This document shows, piece by piece, positions 23,500 to 34,289 of a DNA stretch of 64,000 nt. The translations under genes and the position numbers were made by a program. Position 1 is the first letter of the stretch. The number at the start of each line of letters is the position of its first letter. The stretch comes from Macrostomum hystrix (lineage: Eukaryota; Animalia; Platyhelminthes): the NCBI GenBank assembly GCA_950097015.1, contig CATNEN010000001.1:22382001-22446000 (forward strand). The letters run 5' to 3'. Under the pieces are notes generated by a model that ran no database searches, had not been told where the DNA came from, and saw nothing but the letters and a program-made list of their open reading frames with translations.

Positions 23500-24954
23500 A
23501 TGAGCTGCTTATCTACCTGCTCCGTCAGGTTATGCCGTCAGCCCGCCGCCGGCAATTCACCGATCACCGACCAGCCCTACTGTGCCAAGCATCTGCTGGT
23601 CGATTTGAGCAGGTGTGAGAAGTTGGAAGCTGTCGTGACTGAGAGAATTTCTTACTTTAAGAAGTACCAGAAGCCTCTTGAGCTGATGCAGCAGAGATTG
23701 GCTTCCGACCTGCTGCTTCTAGGAAAAAACTTCAACAACTTGAGAGAAACTATCGACAAGTATCAAACTGAACTCACTGCTGCCATCACAAAGCATCATG
23801 ACAAGCTCAAGGAATCTCTTCAGATTCTCACCGATCTGGACAATTTTGAAATAGAACTGCGTACTGCCAAGGACGGCAAAAACAATCGACAGGCCTTTCT
23901 AATGACTGAGAACATGGAGAAATCTGCTCTGCAGCTTGACTCGGAGCTCGTGTCCATTAACGATGACGCAACAGCAGTTGAAATCACCGCATTTCCCGAT
24001 GTAAATTCTGTCGTTAAAGATCTGGAATCCTGTACAGAAATTTCACTCCGGCTCTTGCGAATACAAGTTCAATTTCTGAACAAAGGATCAGAGACGGTGT
24101 CCTTCACTGAAGAAGAAAAGCAAGTCGAGCTTGATGGCGTACCGGCATGCATGGCTTTATGCAACGACATCAGGGGCTCCGCTCTAGCGACGTGTGGCCT
24201 AAGATCGCAAATTCCCGAACAGCCTCAACCAACAGTTTTCGTTGCTGTTGAAAATGACACCGAGAGAAAAATTGTGCTGGTTTCAGATAGCGGCGAGGTG
24301 ACAGGCAGTCTTTCATGCACATTCGATCAGCCCATTCGAGGCCTTCACTGCGACAGTGACGAGCAGCTGCTGTTCATCGCTCAGGACGATGCTGTGATCG
24401 TCACTGATCTGTGCGGAGTCGAGCAGGCGACCATCGCGGCTTATGAGCTCCAACAGGACGTGCAGAAGGTGCGCTGCATCACCGGAGACTCCGACAAGCT
24501 GTTTGTCCTGGCCGAACTGGCTGACGGCAAGCCAGCGATATTCGGACTGTCCAAGAAGTCACGGGAAATTCAGCTGACGCACTCGCTTTCTGGCCTCGAA
24601 AATATCGCTGACTGCGCAGCGATTTCAGCCAGGGACGGAATGCTGTTCGTGAATGACGGCGTCCAGCTGCACACAGTGTGCTCCATCACTGGGGTACTGC
24701 TCGCCTCAAGCGACTGTAACAACAGCGACAACGGCAGCATCCTAGACCTTGATGCCCTAACCAGTGCTGAGGATGCTGTTTCAGTCACGTATCTGCTAGC
24801 CTGCCACCGACTCCGCTCTTCGTATCCGATCCTGGCCATTCGAGGTCCTTATTGCGGCGACGCCTCCACCGTTCGGCTTGTCAGAGAGGGCAAAGGAAAA
24901 GAATTCGAAATTAGCGACGGGCGCCTGGCTTTCACCGCCTTTGAAATACTTTAA
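23500..24954 (+). CDS. Uncharacterised family member 1 (Cys/His finger + coiled coil + beta-rich C-terminus), 484 aa, intronless
   Basis: Long ORF with four paralogues in the window sharing CSVRLC...PYCxxHL, MQQRLASDL and QPIRxLHCDSD. Confidence 0.85.
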   Translation: MSCLSTCSVRLCRQPAAGNSPITDQPYCAKHLLVDLSRCEKLEAVVTERISYFKKYQKPLELMQQRLASDLLLLGKNFNNLRETIDKYQTELTAAITKHHDKLKESLQILTDLDNFEIELRTAKDGKNNRQAFLMTENMEKSALQLDSELVSINDDATAVEITAFPDVNSVVKDLESCTEISLRLLRIQVQFLNKGSETVSFTEEEKQVELDGVPACMALCNDIRGSALATCGLRSQIPEQPQPTVFVAVENDTERKIVLVSDSGEVTGSLSCTFDQPIRGLHCDSDEQLLFIAQDDAVIVTDLCGVEQATIAAYELQQDVQKVRCITGDSDKLFVLAELADGKPAIFGLSKKSREIQLTHSLSGLENIADCAAISARDGMLFVNDGVQLHTVCSITGVLLASSDCNNSDNGSILDLDALTSAEDAVSVTYLLACHRLRSSYPILAIRGPYCGDASTVRLVREGKGKEFEISDGRLAFTAFEIL

Positions 24955-25621
24955 AACCGAAATTACTCCTGTTTACTAATGGTGCTCTGCGCGTCTCGTG
25001 TATATCAGAGTGTGTTTGGATTGAGAAAGACAGAAGTTACTTGCCTAAATATAAGATATGAATAGTTCTAATTTATTAGTACTACTAGCAACTTATTGAT
25101 TTGTAATCGATTGCTGAACTTTAAATGTATTTTGACTTTGCAAAGTCCTCTTTGAAAACATAATTTCTTTACATTTTGTGTTCATAACTTTTTGAAGTTA
25201 TTTGTGGACATTAAAACTCCAGAACTGATTTTAACATGAGAGCTGCAGTTCTAAATAGCAGAGCTACACTAAAGAAATGTACCAGTGTCGTCTAACGCTG
25301 TTTAACTCTAACTGGCGCTGTTTAATGTCTAGCGAAGTGAAACGACAGCAAGAGACCAGGTGCAAGAGTAAAACACATTCTTATGCTTAGTCACTAACTA
25401 AATTTGTGACCGATTGCTTAGCTGATAATGAAACTCTGCCCTGACGGCATATCAACTCACGCTGTTGGCTACAGCGAGCTCAACAAATTACTATTGGTGT
25501 GCAATTTTCTAATCAACAGGACACTTTTTTATCGAAACTCACCTGTAAGGTTCAGAAAATTGGAAAGCTGTTCTTGCGGAAAGCAGAGCAGAGAGTCAAA
25601 TTCAGCAGGTACAACTCTAAA

Positions 25622-27136
25622 ATGAGTAGTCCCACGAAGTGCAGTGTTCGATTCTGCCAATCGACTGCCGATGGCAAGTCGCCCATCACGGACCAGCCTT
25701 ACTGTACGCTGCATCTGCAAGTCGACGTGCGCAGGTGCGAGCAGTCTGAGGCCGATGTGGCTGACAAAATTACTAACTTCAAGAAGTACCAGACACCTCT
25801 GAGACTGATGCAGCAGCGCATGGCTTCTGACCTGCTACTGCTGGACGAAAGCTTCGATGCACTTCAAGAGACACTGAAGAAGCACAAGGCTGAGCTCACT
25901 GCTGCCATCACCCAGCATCATGAGAACTTGATGAGCTCGCTAAAGATCCTGGATGAGCTGGAGGACTTCCAGAAAGAATTGAGGGAGGCAAAGGATGCCA
26001 GAGACACGAGACTTGCGTTCCTTCTCACCGAGAACATGAATCAGTCGCTAGAGACTCTGCGCCTGGACTCGAAGCTTGTGTGCATGGATGAGGAAACTGG
26101 GGTGGTTCAGACGGCGGCGTTTCCCGATGTGAATTCCGCTGTTTTGGACGCGGATTCGTGCGCTGATGTCATCTTTGACGTGGCATCGCGCCAAATCGAA
26201 CGCTTGGATGTTCGGATCAGCGAGGGCGGACGAGCGGAACTCTTTGTTCCTGAGAAAATGGGAAAAGTCAACCTGGTGGGAACGCCTTCCTGCTTTGCTC
26301 TGTGCTCCAACACTAGTGGCTTCACTCTGGATGAATCTAATCGCATTGTTAGAGCTGAAAAAGGCTCTAATAGTGGTGAGCTGCCTCAGCCAACTGTCTT
26401 TGTGGCTGTCGAACTGCCCGATTCCCAAAGTGATTCAAGGTCTGAATGTAACGAAAAATACGTCATCCAGTTGGTTTGCCCAACGTCTGCAGCCACAGGT
26501 CGCCTCTCGTCCTGCTGGGAAGCGAGCCAACCAATCAGAGACCTTCACTGCGACAGTGACGAGCAGCTGCTGTTCATCGCTCAGGACGATGCTGTGATCG
26601 TCACTGATCTGTGCGGAGTCGAACAGGCGACCATCGCGACTTATGAGCTCCAACAGGACGTGCAAAAGGTGCGCTGCATCGCCGGAGACTCCGACAAGCT
26701 GTTTGTCCTGGCCGAACTGGCTGACGGCAAGCCAGCGGTATTCGGACTGTCCAAGAAGTCACGGGAAATTCAGCTGAAGCACACCATAATGGGCATGGAC
26801 CAAGTCGGTGACAAACCTCGAATGTTCCTTCGTGACCGCATGCTGTTCTTGAGTGACGGCGACCAGCTGCACGCCGTTTGCTCCATCACTGGGATGCTGA
26901 TCCTCTCTTTCTCGCTAAAGGAGGGCCTGGTGGCGGGCTTGAATTCAGGCGACATGAAGAATAACTCGGCCTCTTCCATTTTCTGTCAGTCTCGAAGTGC
27001 AGCCGTGGGCACTGTGCCGTTCATCTGCCTTCCGATCCGAGTTCCATCGCCAATGTCCGTGTCGGCGGCGCAGGCAGGTCGGCGCGTCTTTTTGCGGCTC
27101 GCCGGCGACAGCCTTCTATTTTCCGCAGCGGACTGA
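25622..27136 (+). CDS. Uncharacterised family member 2, 504 aa from MSSPTKCSVRFC
   Basis: Paralogue of 23500; ATG at 25622 aligns with the starts of the other copies. Confidence 0.85.
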   Translation: MSSPTKCSVRFCQSTADGKSPITDQPYCTLHLQVDVRRCEQSEADVADKITNFKKYQTPLRLMQQRMASDLLLLDESFDALQETLKKHKAELTAAITQHHENLMSSLKILDELEDFQKELREAKDARDTRLAFLLTENMNQSLETLRLDSKLVCMDEETGVVQTAAFPDVNSAVLDADSCADVIFDVASRQIERLDVRISEGGRAELFVPEKMGKVNLVGTPSCFALCSNTSGFTLDESNRIVRAEKGSNSGELPQPTVFVAVELPDSQSDSRSECNEKYVIQLVCPTSAATGRLSSCWEASQPIRDLHCDSDEQLLFIAQDDAVIVTDLCGVEQATIATYELQQDVQKVRCIAGDSDKLFVLAELADGKPAVFGLSKKSREIQLKHTIMGMDQVGDKPRMFLRDRMLFLSDGDQLHAVCSITGMLILSFSLKEGLVAGLNSGDMKNNSASSIFCQSRSAAVGTVPFICLPIRVPSPMSVSAAQAGRRVFLRLAGDSLLFSAAD

Positions 27137-27992
27137 GAAAGAGAAAGAAATGCAAACTCGCTAACTGCGTGCAAACTGTTTTCAATCGCTGCGAGTATTT
27201 TGAGAAGCTCTTTTTTCTAGGGAGCTTTGAATCCTAAATAATTTTTTTAGGATGCCAGTTTTTGCTTCTTGATTTCCCTGCGCCAATTTTGATGGAGAAC
27301 AGTAAAAATGGATCGAATATACGTTCATTGCAAATTATCTTAGATTTTATCGAAAAATTTGATGTCGATGTTACTTTACGCTTACTTTATTTTTTTCAAA
27401 TGACGTATCATTAACTACTAATATAACGAGGTTTATTGTTTTTCTGGTAGGTATAGATTCGTAAAAAGAAGCAAAAATAGAAGAATAAGCAACAAGACTT
27501 GAAATGTACTACTCATGAAAGTACTCAGTAGCGTATCACGTAGATAAATTACGGTAATGCAACTAAAATTAGTTCAAACCAGTTTTTAACTACTTGTCAA
27601 TCATCTGTCACATTGAAACTATTCACCTGTCAGTTGAAAGTAGAAGGACTCCACAGGGGTATTTCAAATACCCACTGCCTACTTCATGATGGCTCCCAAG
27701 CAGAATGACCGATTTTTGTGAAAGTCCACCATCAGAGTTTAAATTTTCCGCCCTTTACGATTAAATAACTTTCAAGGCCCGCAGAGGTCAGCATTGTCGA
27801 TATTTTCAGCGATTATTTTCGAAGACCCTGGGGACAAGGACAAGTAATATTGCTCTGTATAAACCTCTATGGCGCATCCATATCGATCAGTATTATATAA
27901 ATTAGCAACATAACAATATAAGTAACAATAATAGCCGACATAGTTACATGATGAAGTTTTATTAGCAGAAAAAAATGCTTAAATTATGCCGA

Positions 27993-28027
<35 letters not shown>

Positions 28028-28040
28028 GTGTCTGTCTGTC
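27993..28040. repeat. (GTCT)n microsatellite
   Basis: Direct. Confidence 0.9.
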
Positions 28041-28558
28041 TAATACATTTTCATTGTGTATTGCATAGTGTGCAGTAATGGCAAATCATTAACAGTCCGT
28101 CAATTCGTTTCACACCAAAACCAGCCAAGCAAAGACACGGCAGGCACGCACATGTGGATGTACATCATCTGCACGCAGTTTACCATAGTCAAACCAGTGT
28201 ACGATACTAGTAACTTCTATCAATTCCTTCATATTTCGCAACAGACGCACTCAAGTTCATTGGTGCGACGGTTGAATTTCGCTCAAACAAACATACGAGC
28301 CCGTACTTGCCCACCAAACAACCCCTGTCCACCGGTTTAAACCTTAACCGGATTATGTACGGTCAAATGAAGAGATTTTCTGACTAAAGGTACTATTTAC
28401 ATGCGAGCTGAGCGCCTGCAGATGCAAGCAGAAGACTTCATTTGCTAGATTCCTAATTGTGTTTTGTATAACGCCCAAGACCCTAGTGACTACCCTAGTG
28501 ACTGCTGGCCTACTATTTTTAAACGCCACTTAAACAATTATAAAAAGGCTTTGAAACC

Positions 28559-29609
28559 ATGGAGCAGGCAGCATGTTCCGTGCGGCTCTGTCGCGACGCT
28601 GCAGTGGGCGAGTCCCCACTCTCCTGCCAGCCGCTCTGCAGCTCGCACATGCAAAACGATCTCGCCGAGATGGAAGCCACAGAAGCCATCGTCGCTCACC
28701 GAATCCAGCACTTCAAGAAGTACCTCAGGAGCCCCTCAGGAGGATGCAGCAGCGACTGGCCTCCGACCTGCAGCTGCTCGATGACACTTTCAGCGACTTC
28801 AGAGCAACGCTGGACAAGTACCAGGGAGAGCTCATTGCTGCAATCACAGAACAGCACGACGTACTGATGGAATCAATCAAAACTGTCTCCGAGCTGGAAG
28901 ACTTTGAGGTCGAGCTGCGGCGAGCCAAGGATGAGCGCAACATGAGACAGGCCTTCCTCATCAATAGGAGCATGGAGAAGTCACTGAAGACTCTGAAGCT
29001 GGACTCACAGTTGGTGAGAATAGGAAAGTCAGGAGATCCAGCTGGCATCTTACCCAGACTTGAACTCGAGAGTGAGGAAGCTGCAGATTTGCATCGGCAC
29101 TGAGCTCATTACGATGGGACAGTTCATTAAGCGCTTTGGACGTTGCTAATAAAGAAAACTATAAGGATGCTAAACTGCAAGTAGAGTTGGAGAACCACCA
29201 GCTGGATTTGGATGCTTGTGGCATGCGCAATGCGCTTTGCATAGCTGTGTGCAGCAACACCAGCGGTTTCATTATAAACAGATCAAAAAAGATCGTCCGA
29301 GCTGCAGACGGTGCTGCAGATGGCACCTTACTTGACAAAAAATGTCTCCTGGTTGCCAGCCTTGAGTCAGTATACGGCTATGACACCTTATCGGATGACG
29401 CTGAAAACAGCATAATCAGCAAAAGCCGGAAGTTCAAAGTGTCGCTCCTTAAAATAGGGGAAGTCTTGTCTGGCGTGGACATTGAGTGCAGCTGGGATGC
29501 GAATGAGCCCAGCAGAGACATGCACTTCGACAACGAACGCCAGCTTCTGTTCCTCGCCCATGAGCAGACGGTGATCGTCACTGAACTTCACAGTAACTAT
29601 GAAACTTGA
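28559..29609 (+). pseudogene. Uncharacterised family member 3, frameshifted and 3'-truncated
   Basis: Homology switches frame at ~28724 (KKY/QEPLRRMQQRLASDL) and ~29053 (IL/PDLNSRVR). Stop at 29609 falls after only the first propeller-like motif. Confidence 0.75.
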
Positions 29610-29782
29610 AGAACCATGAAATGCGTAGCCTTTAGATGCCTCGCAGTAGCTGCGTCTGTGCCTTGGGCTGCAGATCTGGACTAAACAGGGCAGGTGTAAT
29701 CAATTTTTAACGCAAACAATATAACCAAAACGATTTAATAATTTTTTTTACAATTTTTTTATTACTTTAAGCTAAAGCGAGT

Positions 29783-29985
29783 GATGCTTACAGTAAGTGG
29801 GCAGAGGTCCATCTGATGAGCTCGATCACCTCCCAGGACACGATTCTTCGACTCCGTCGCACATTCGCACAGGAGGGAGTGCCGCCTGTCATTAATTGTC
29901 TCAGACAACGGACCTCAGCTCGTATCGAAAGAGATGGAAAAGTAGCTTCGAGCGATCGGCTGCAAACATCTCCTGACACCTCCAT
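29783..29985 (+). mobile_element. Gypsy/Ty3 integrase core remnant
   Basis: DAYSKWAEVHLMSSITSQDTILRLRRTFAQEGVP then (frameshift) IVSDNGPQLVSKEMEK*LRAIGCKHLLTP, i.e. DxxSKW and SDNGPQ integrase motifs. Confidence 0.8.
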
Positions 29986-30061
29986 CCCATCCTCGTCGCC
30001 ATTGTTAGACCTCTCGTCAGGTCTAATGAAGAAGACTTACTGCTCGGTAGTTGCTTAAACT

Positions 30062-30675
30062 ACACTATTATAGCATTTTGCGGTCTAGTTGGGACAGCGG
30101 GCTTTTAAATTGGACACTGAGTTGTCTGCTGCTCCAACCATGCAGCGACTGCTGTCTATGGCCAACTCTGAAAAACACACGGGCTTTCAATTTAGACATT
30201 CAAACACTTGTCTATGGCTACATCCAAGAAACACACCCTGCGCTACATCCCTCAGTGCCTGGCCAATGTGAACATATCAGGATGAGTGGATGACTGTAAA
30301 CAAAACTCTAAATAATCGTTGTGTTAGGTTGCTTTATGATTTGTAAAGACGTTTCTGTTGGCGTGAACTTCTTGAGAATGCACGAAAAATGTACTCCATT
30401 TTATTCCGAGCGTATCAACGAATTGCACTGAAATATATATGATAGTGGCTGCTTAATTGGCATTCTGTGGTTAGAAAGTCTGAGGCTGCGTTTAATGGTC
30501 CGAGGCGAGCGAAGCGAGCCGAGGTCTATTGAGCGTGGCCGAGGACTTTTTAACCATAGATTGATCAGTCTTTTAGAGTAGGCCATAGACAGCAGTCGCT
30601 GCTTGGAGCAGCAGACAACTCTGTGTCCAATTTAAAAGCCCGCTGTCCCAACTAGACCGCAAAATGCTATAGTGT
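30062..30675. mobile_element. Foldback/MITE-like element with ~100-bp terminal inverted repeats
   Basis: 30069-30163 is the near-perfect reverse complement of 30581-30671; internal palindrome CCGAGGCGAGCGAAGCGAGCCGAGG at ~30500. Confidence 0.75.
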
Positions 30676-31559
30676 TGGCTCTCTTTTAGCCGATCTGCAC
30701 CCTTATTTATTTTTTACGTTATGCTGCGGCTCTCGTTAGCTGCAGCCAAATCAATTACCGTACGGCCCCATAGACATATCTACTTGAGGCATAAGTGCTT
30801 CAAGCACTAATAAAAGCAAAACAAAGCACTACAAATAGCATTTTCTTTATTATTTACTTACCTTAACATCAATACTCAATGATGGATTAATTGCCTAATT
30901 TCCTGCCTGAATTTCGGTTTATTTTGCATGCAACTTCATGTTTTCTCGTAATAATCATATTTTAAGTAGGGCAGTGGGTTCAGGTAGATCGTTTGTGACA
31001 GTAGACTCGCGGCAGATCGTTGTCATTCAGTGTACACTCTCACTGTCTTGGGTGTCGGCCCCAATGGGCGTTAGCTCGTACATGCACTCTCCTCCAAGCC
31101 TTCTCACTCAAATCAGGTTGAATTATAAAGCTATCTTGAGTAACGCTTAATCAAATCAAATATTCTAACGAGGAACAGGATTAAGCTATGATTTTAGGGA
31201 ATTAAATTATTCTGTGGGAATAAAAAATCTACAGCATTTTATCTAGTACGAATAAATCAGTGCATGCTCGATTGAAAGTGTTATTATCAGTATTTAGCTG
31301 TGCCCGACAAGACTAGAGCGTGCAAGGAGTGATGGGTCGATAATTAGCACTGAAATTATTATTTTTTTTATTATTATTATGGTGCGCACGCCGATTGGGT
31401 GCTGATTTTTTTGTTTATTTTATGTTTGAGGTTGAATAAATCGATTAAAAAAAAAGAAGGCGATAGGAAAACAGTGGCATGCATAATATTAATTTTAGCC
31501 TTTAGGTGAATAAAATATTTGAAAAAAACAAATTTTTGAAATAAACAAAGGCATTAAAA

Positions 31560-32453
31560 CAAAAAATGAAATATTGAAATTTAAAGAGAAAATTAAAACT
31601 GACCTAACAAGGAATAGCTATTGTGTTTTCGCATTCTAACTATGGGCCTCAGGGCAGTGGCTTTTTTATCTAGCTTCAAGTATGCTTTCTATGAAGTCCA
31701 CAAAACTTTCTGTTAAGTCTGCGCTTTCCTGTGTCATTAAATACACAATTTTGTCATCAGCTGTTAGGCTTTCGAGATTACGAACAGTACCTGCCACTTT
31801 CTCTATGAATTTATTTCTAATTGGAACAAACGGGCCAATCGCATCTAAAGAGAATATGAGTTTCGTTCTCTACCTCGACTCTACATTTTGGACGTTCTGT
31901 TTTCATAGGCGATTTTCGGTCTTACAGTGCGCAATGTCTCACAGGCCAGTTTGTGGTTTCCTAGACGAAATCGGGACATTGTTCTGGGTTAGAGATTATT
32001 GTTAGGTACTTTTCTCGGGAGAAATCTTTCTTAAACGTGTAATAGAAGTGGCTGAGCTTGGCTGATTTTTCCATTCTCTGAGTCCAGTGCCTTCGAAACT
32101 CTGACTCAAAGTTCTCTCTGTGCGTTTTGATGGACTTTGTTTTTCTAGTCTGTTGACAATTCCGCATTACTTCACTATATATTTTCCCCAATGCCAACAT
32201 CGCTGTATTCTGTATCTGCCACTAATTTCGCGATGATAGAGTCTGCTCGGCTCCGAACTGAGGACCAGTATTGAAGGCTTCTTTTTTGAATACTATATAA
32301 TAGTGGTAGTCTTCCTAATTCGGACCGAGCACCATTGCTGTCAGTGTTTGGACTAACTTGCAGAATCGACTTGCAGATTCTAAAATTAATTCTCTCTATA
32401 AGGTTCCGATCCCAAGTACCCAGTTTCCAGGAGACAAAAGCTCCCCAGGCCAT
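31560..32453 (-). mobile_element. Degenerate 3' end of a non-LTR retrotransposon (CR1/L2-group-like)
   Basis: IERINFRICKSILQV...ARSELGRLPL and KLSHFYYTFK..F.REKYL resemble LINE ORF2 C-termini; frameshifted. Confidence 0.6.
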
Positions 32454-32632
32454 CAGTGCTGCTGCTATCGCTTCAAACTAAGTTAGTCTCTAGGAGTGCT
32501 ACTTCTAATTGTTGCCAAGTGTTTCTATGGCTGAAATCAGTATCACACACAGTCAGCAAAAGCCAAGCGTACAGCCAACGACAGTCAAGCGTACAGACAA
32601 AACGTTCAGTCAACGTCGAGAGTTATTTGAAG

Positions 32633-34141
32633 CTAGCCAATTATAGTTTTCAACTCTATTAGGTTTTCTTTTTCCTTCTCAAGCACAATGCAGACATTGT
32701 CGCCGATTCTGAATTTGAGATACTTGGAGGAATCCAGTAACCAACTGACCAGAGTTGACGCTCTCGGCAGTGGGTCTCGATGAGTCGCGCAGCGGTACAA
32801 GTCTTCTGGTTTGTCACATGACAGCTCCGGTACACCATTCAACTGCTTCACCGACTCCTTGCTTACAATGAGACCAGTGATGCTGCAGAGTGTGAACACG
32901 TCCTCATAGTCTGATAATAGAAGCATTCGGTTCTGAACGCCGATGCGTGTTGAAGAATCCAAAGCCAGGTTACAATCGTCAGGCAGTGGCAGTGTCAGCT
33001 GAATCTCGAGCGACTCTTTGCTCAGACCAAATACTGAAGGCCCTCCACTGTACATCTCGGTCAGCAGGAACAGCTTGTCGGAGTCACCCGTGATGCAGTG
33101 CACAGACGTAATTTGCGCACGTCTCCGCAGGTCCAAAACGGTCACTTTAGATTTCAATTCTCCACTGAGATCAGTCACAATAACTGCATTGTGCTGAGCT
33201 ATGTACAGCATCTGCCGGTCACTATCGCAATGCAAATCTCTGATAGGCTGATCTAAATCCCAGCTAAATTTCAAATATCCTGCTACTTTGTGCTCGATAG
33301 AGATCATTGATATTGTACTCGCCAATTCCTTACCATCACGGTGCTGCTTTAGCTTCCTTCTGATAGCAACAAAGACCATTGGATTTGGTAGCATTCCCGT
33401 CGCCGAAGAGGCGTCCTGGTTTTTGATAATTCGTTTCGGCCCACTGAGAGAGTAGCCGTTTGTGTTGGTGCACAAGGCCATGCACTGCGCCTCTCCGTTC
33501 AGAGGAAGTTGAGTATGGCTAGTCTTTAACTTGCATGCATGGTCTGCATCAAAGTTTTCAACTCGGGCCACCCTTTCAAACAGCATACTTTCTGTGCAAG
33601 CCTTCAAATCCCTGACGTCCGAGGTCACGTCAGGAAAGGCGGCCATTTTGACCTCTTTGGTTGACTCATCGAAGCGCACCAGCGTTGAATTGATTCCAAA
33701 GTTCTCGAGGGACTCGCGCATGCCTTCAGCCAGAGTGAAAGCCAATCTCAAGTCTTTGGCGTCCTTAGCCACCTCCAATTCATTCTCAAAGCTGTCCAGC
33801 TCAGAAAGAATATTCAACGAGTCCATGATCTGGTCATGGTGCTTGGTGACGGCGGCGGTGAGCTCAGCCTGGAACTTGTCGATGGTCTCTCTAAGCTCGT
33901 GAAAACTTTCATCCAGCAGCTGCAGATCAGAGGCCAGTCTCTGCTGCATCAGGCGCAATGGCTGCTGGAACTTCTTGAAGTGCGCGATCTTGGCGGTCAA
34001 TTTAGTCTCGGCTTCGGCGCACTTGCGCAGGTCGTTCTGCAGATGCTGTCTGCATAGCGGCAGGCATGTGCTGGGAGACGGGCCCTCCGATGGCTGAGTG
34101 CACAGCCTCACTGAGCAGACAGCGGCAGGTTTCTCACTCAT
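32633..34141 (-). CDS. Uncharacterised family member 4, ~502 aa from MSEKPAAVCSVRLC
   Basis: Intact ORF paralogous to 23500 and 25622; acceptor TTGCAG 23 nt upstream of the ATG. Confidence 0.85.
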   Translation of the reverse strand: MSEKPAAVCSVRLCTQPSEGPSPSTCLPLCRQHLQNDLRKCAEAETKLTAKIAHFKKFQQPLRLMQQRLASDLQLLDESFHELRETIDKFQAELTAAVTKHHDQIMDSLNILSELDSFENELEVAKDAKDLRLAFTLAEGMRESLENFGINSTLVRFDESTKEVKMAAFPDVTSDVRDLKACTESMLFERVARVENFDADHACKLKTSHTQLPLNGEAQCMALCTNTNGYSLSGPKRIIKNQDASSATGMLPNPMVFVAIRRKLKQHRDGKELASTISMISIEHKVAGYLKFSWDLDQPIRDLHCDSDRQMLYIAQHNAVIVTDLSGELKSKVTVLDLRRRAQITSVHCITGDSDKLFLLTEMYSGGPSVFGLSKESLEIQLTLPLPDDCNLALDSSTRIGVQNRMLLLSDYEDVFTLCSITGLIVSKESVKQLNGVPELSCDKPEDLYRCATHRDPLPRASTLVSWLLDSSKYLKFRIGDNVCIVLEKEKENLIELKTIIG

Positions 34142-34289
34142 TCCGCACGGCTTGTTGCAAGTTTCTGCAACATTAAAACAAAATAACATGGACTGTATTC
34201 GTGATTTTGCTGTGTAATTTTTCTATTTCTATTAAAAAATTGTTGCTATCTGAATCTGAATGGAAAAGGCCACAAAGAAAACTCTGGCA

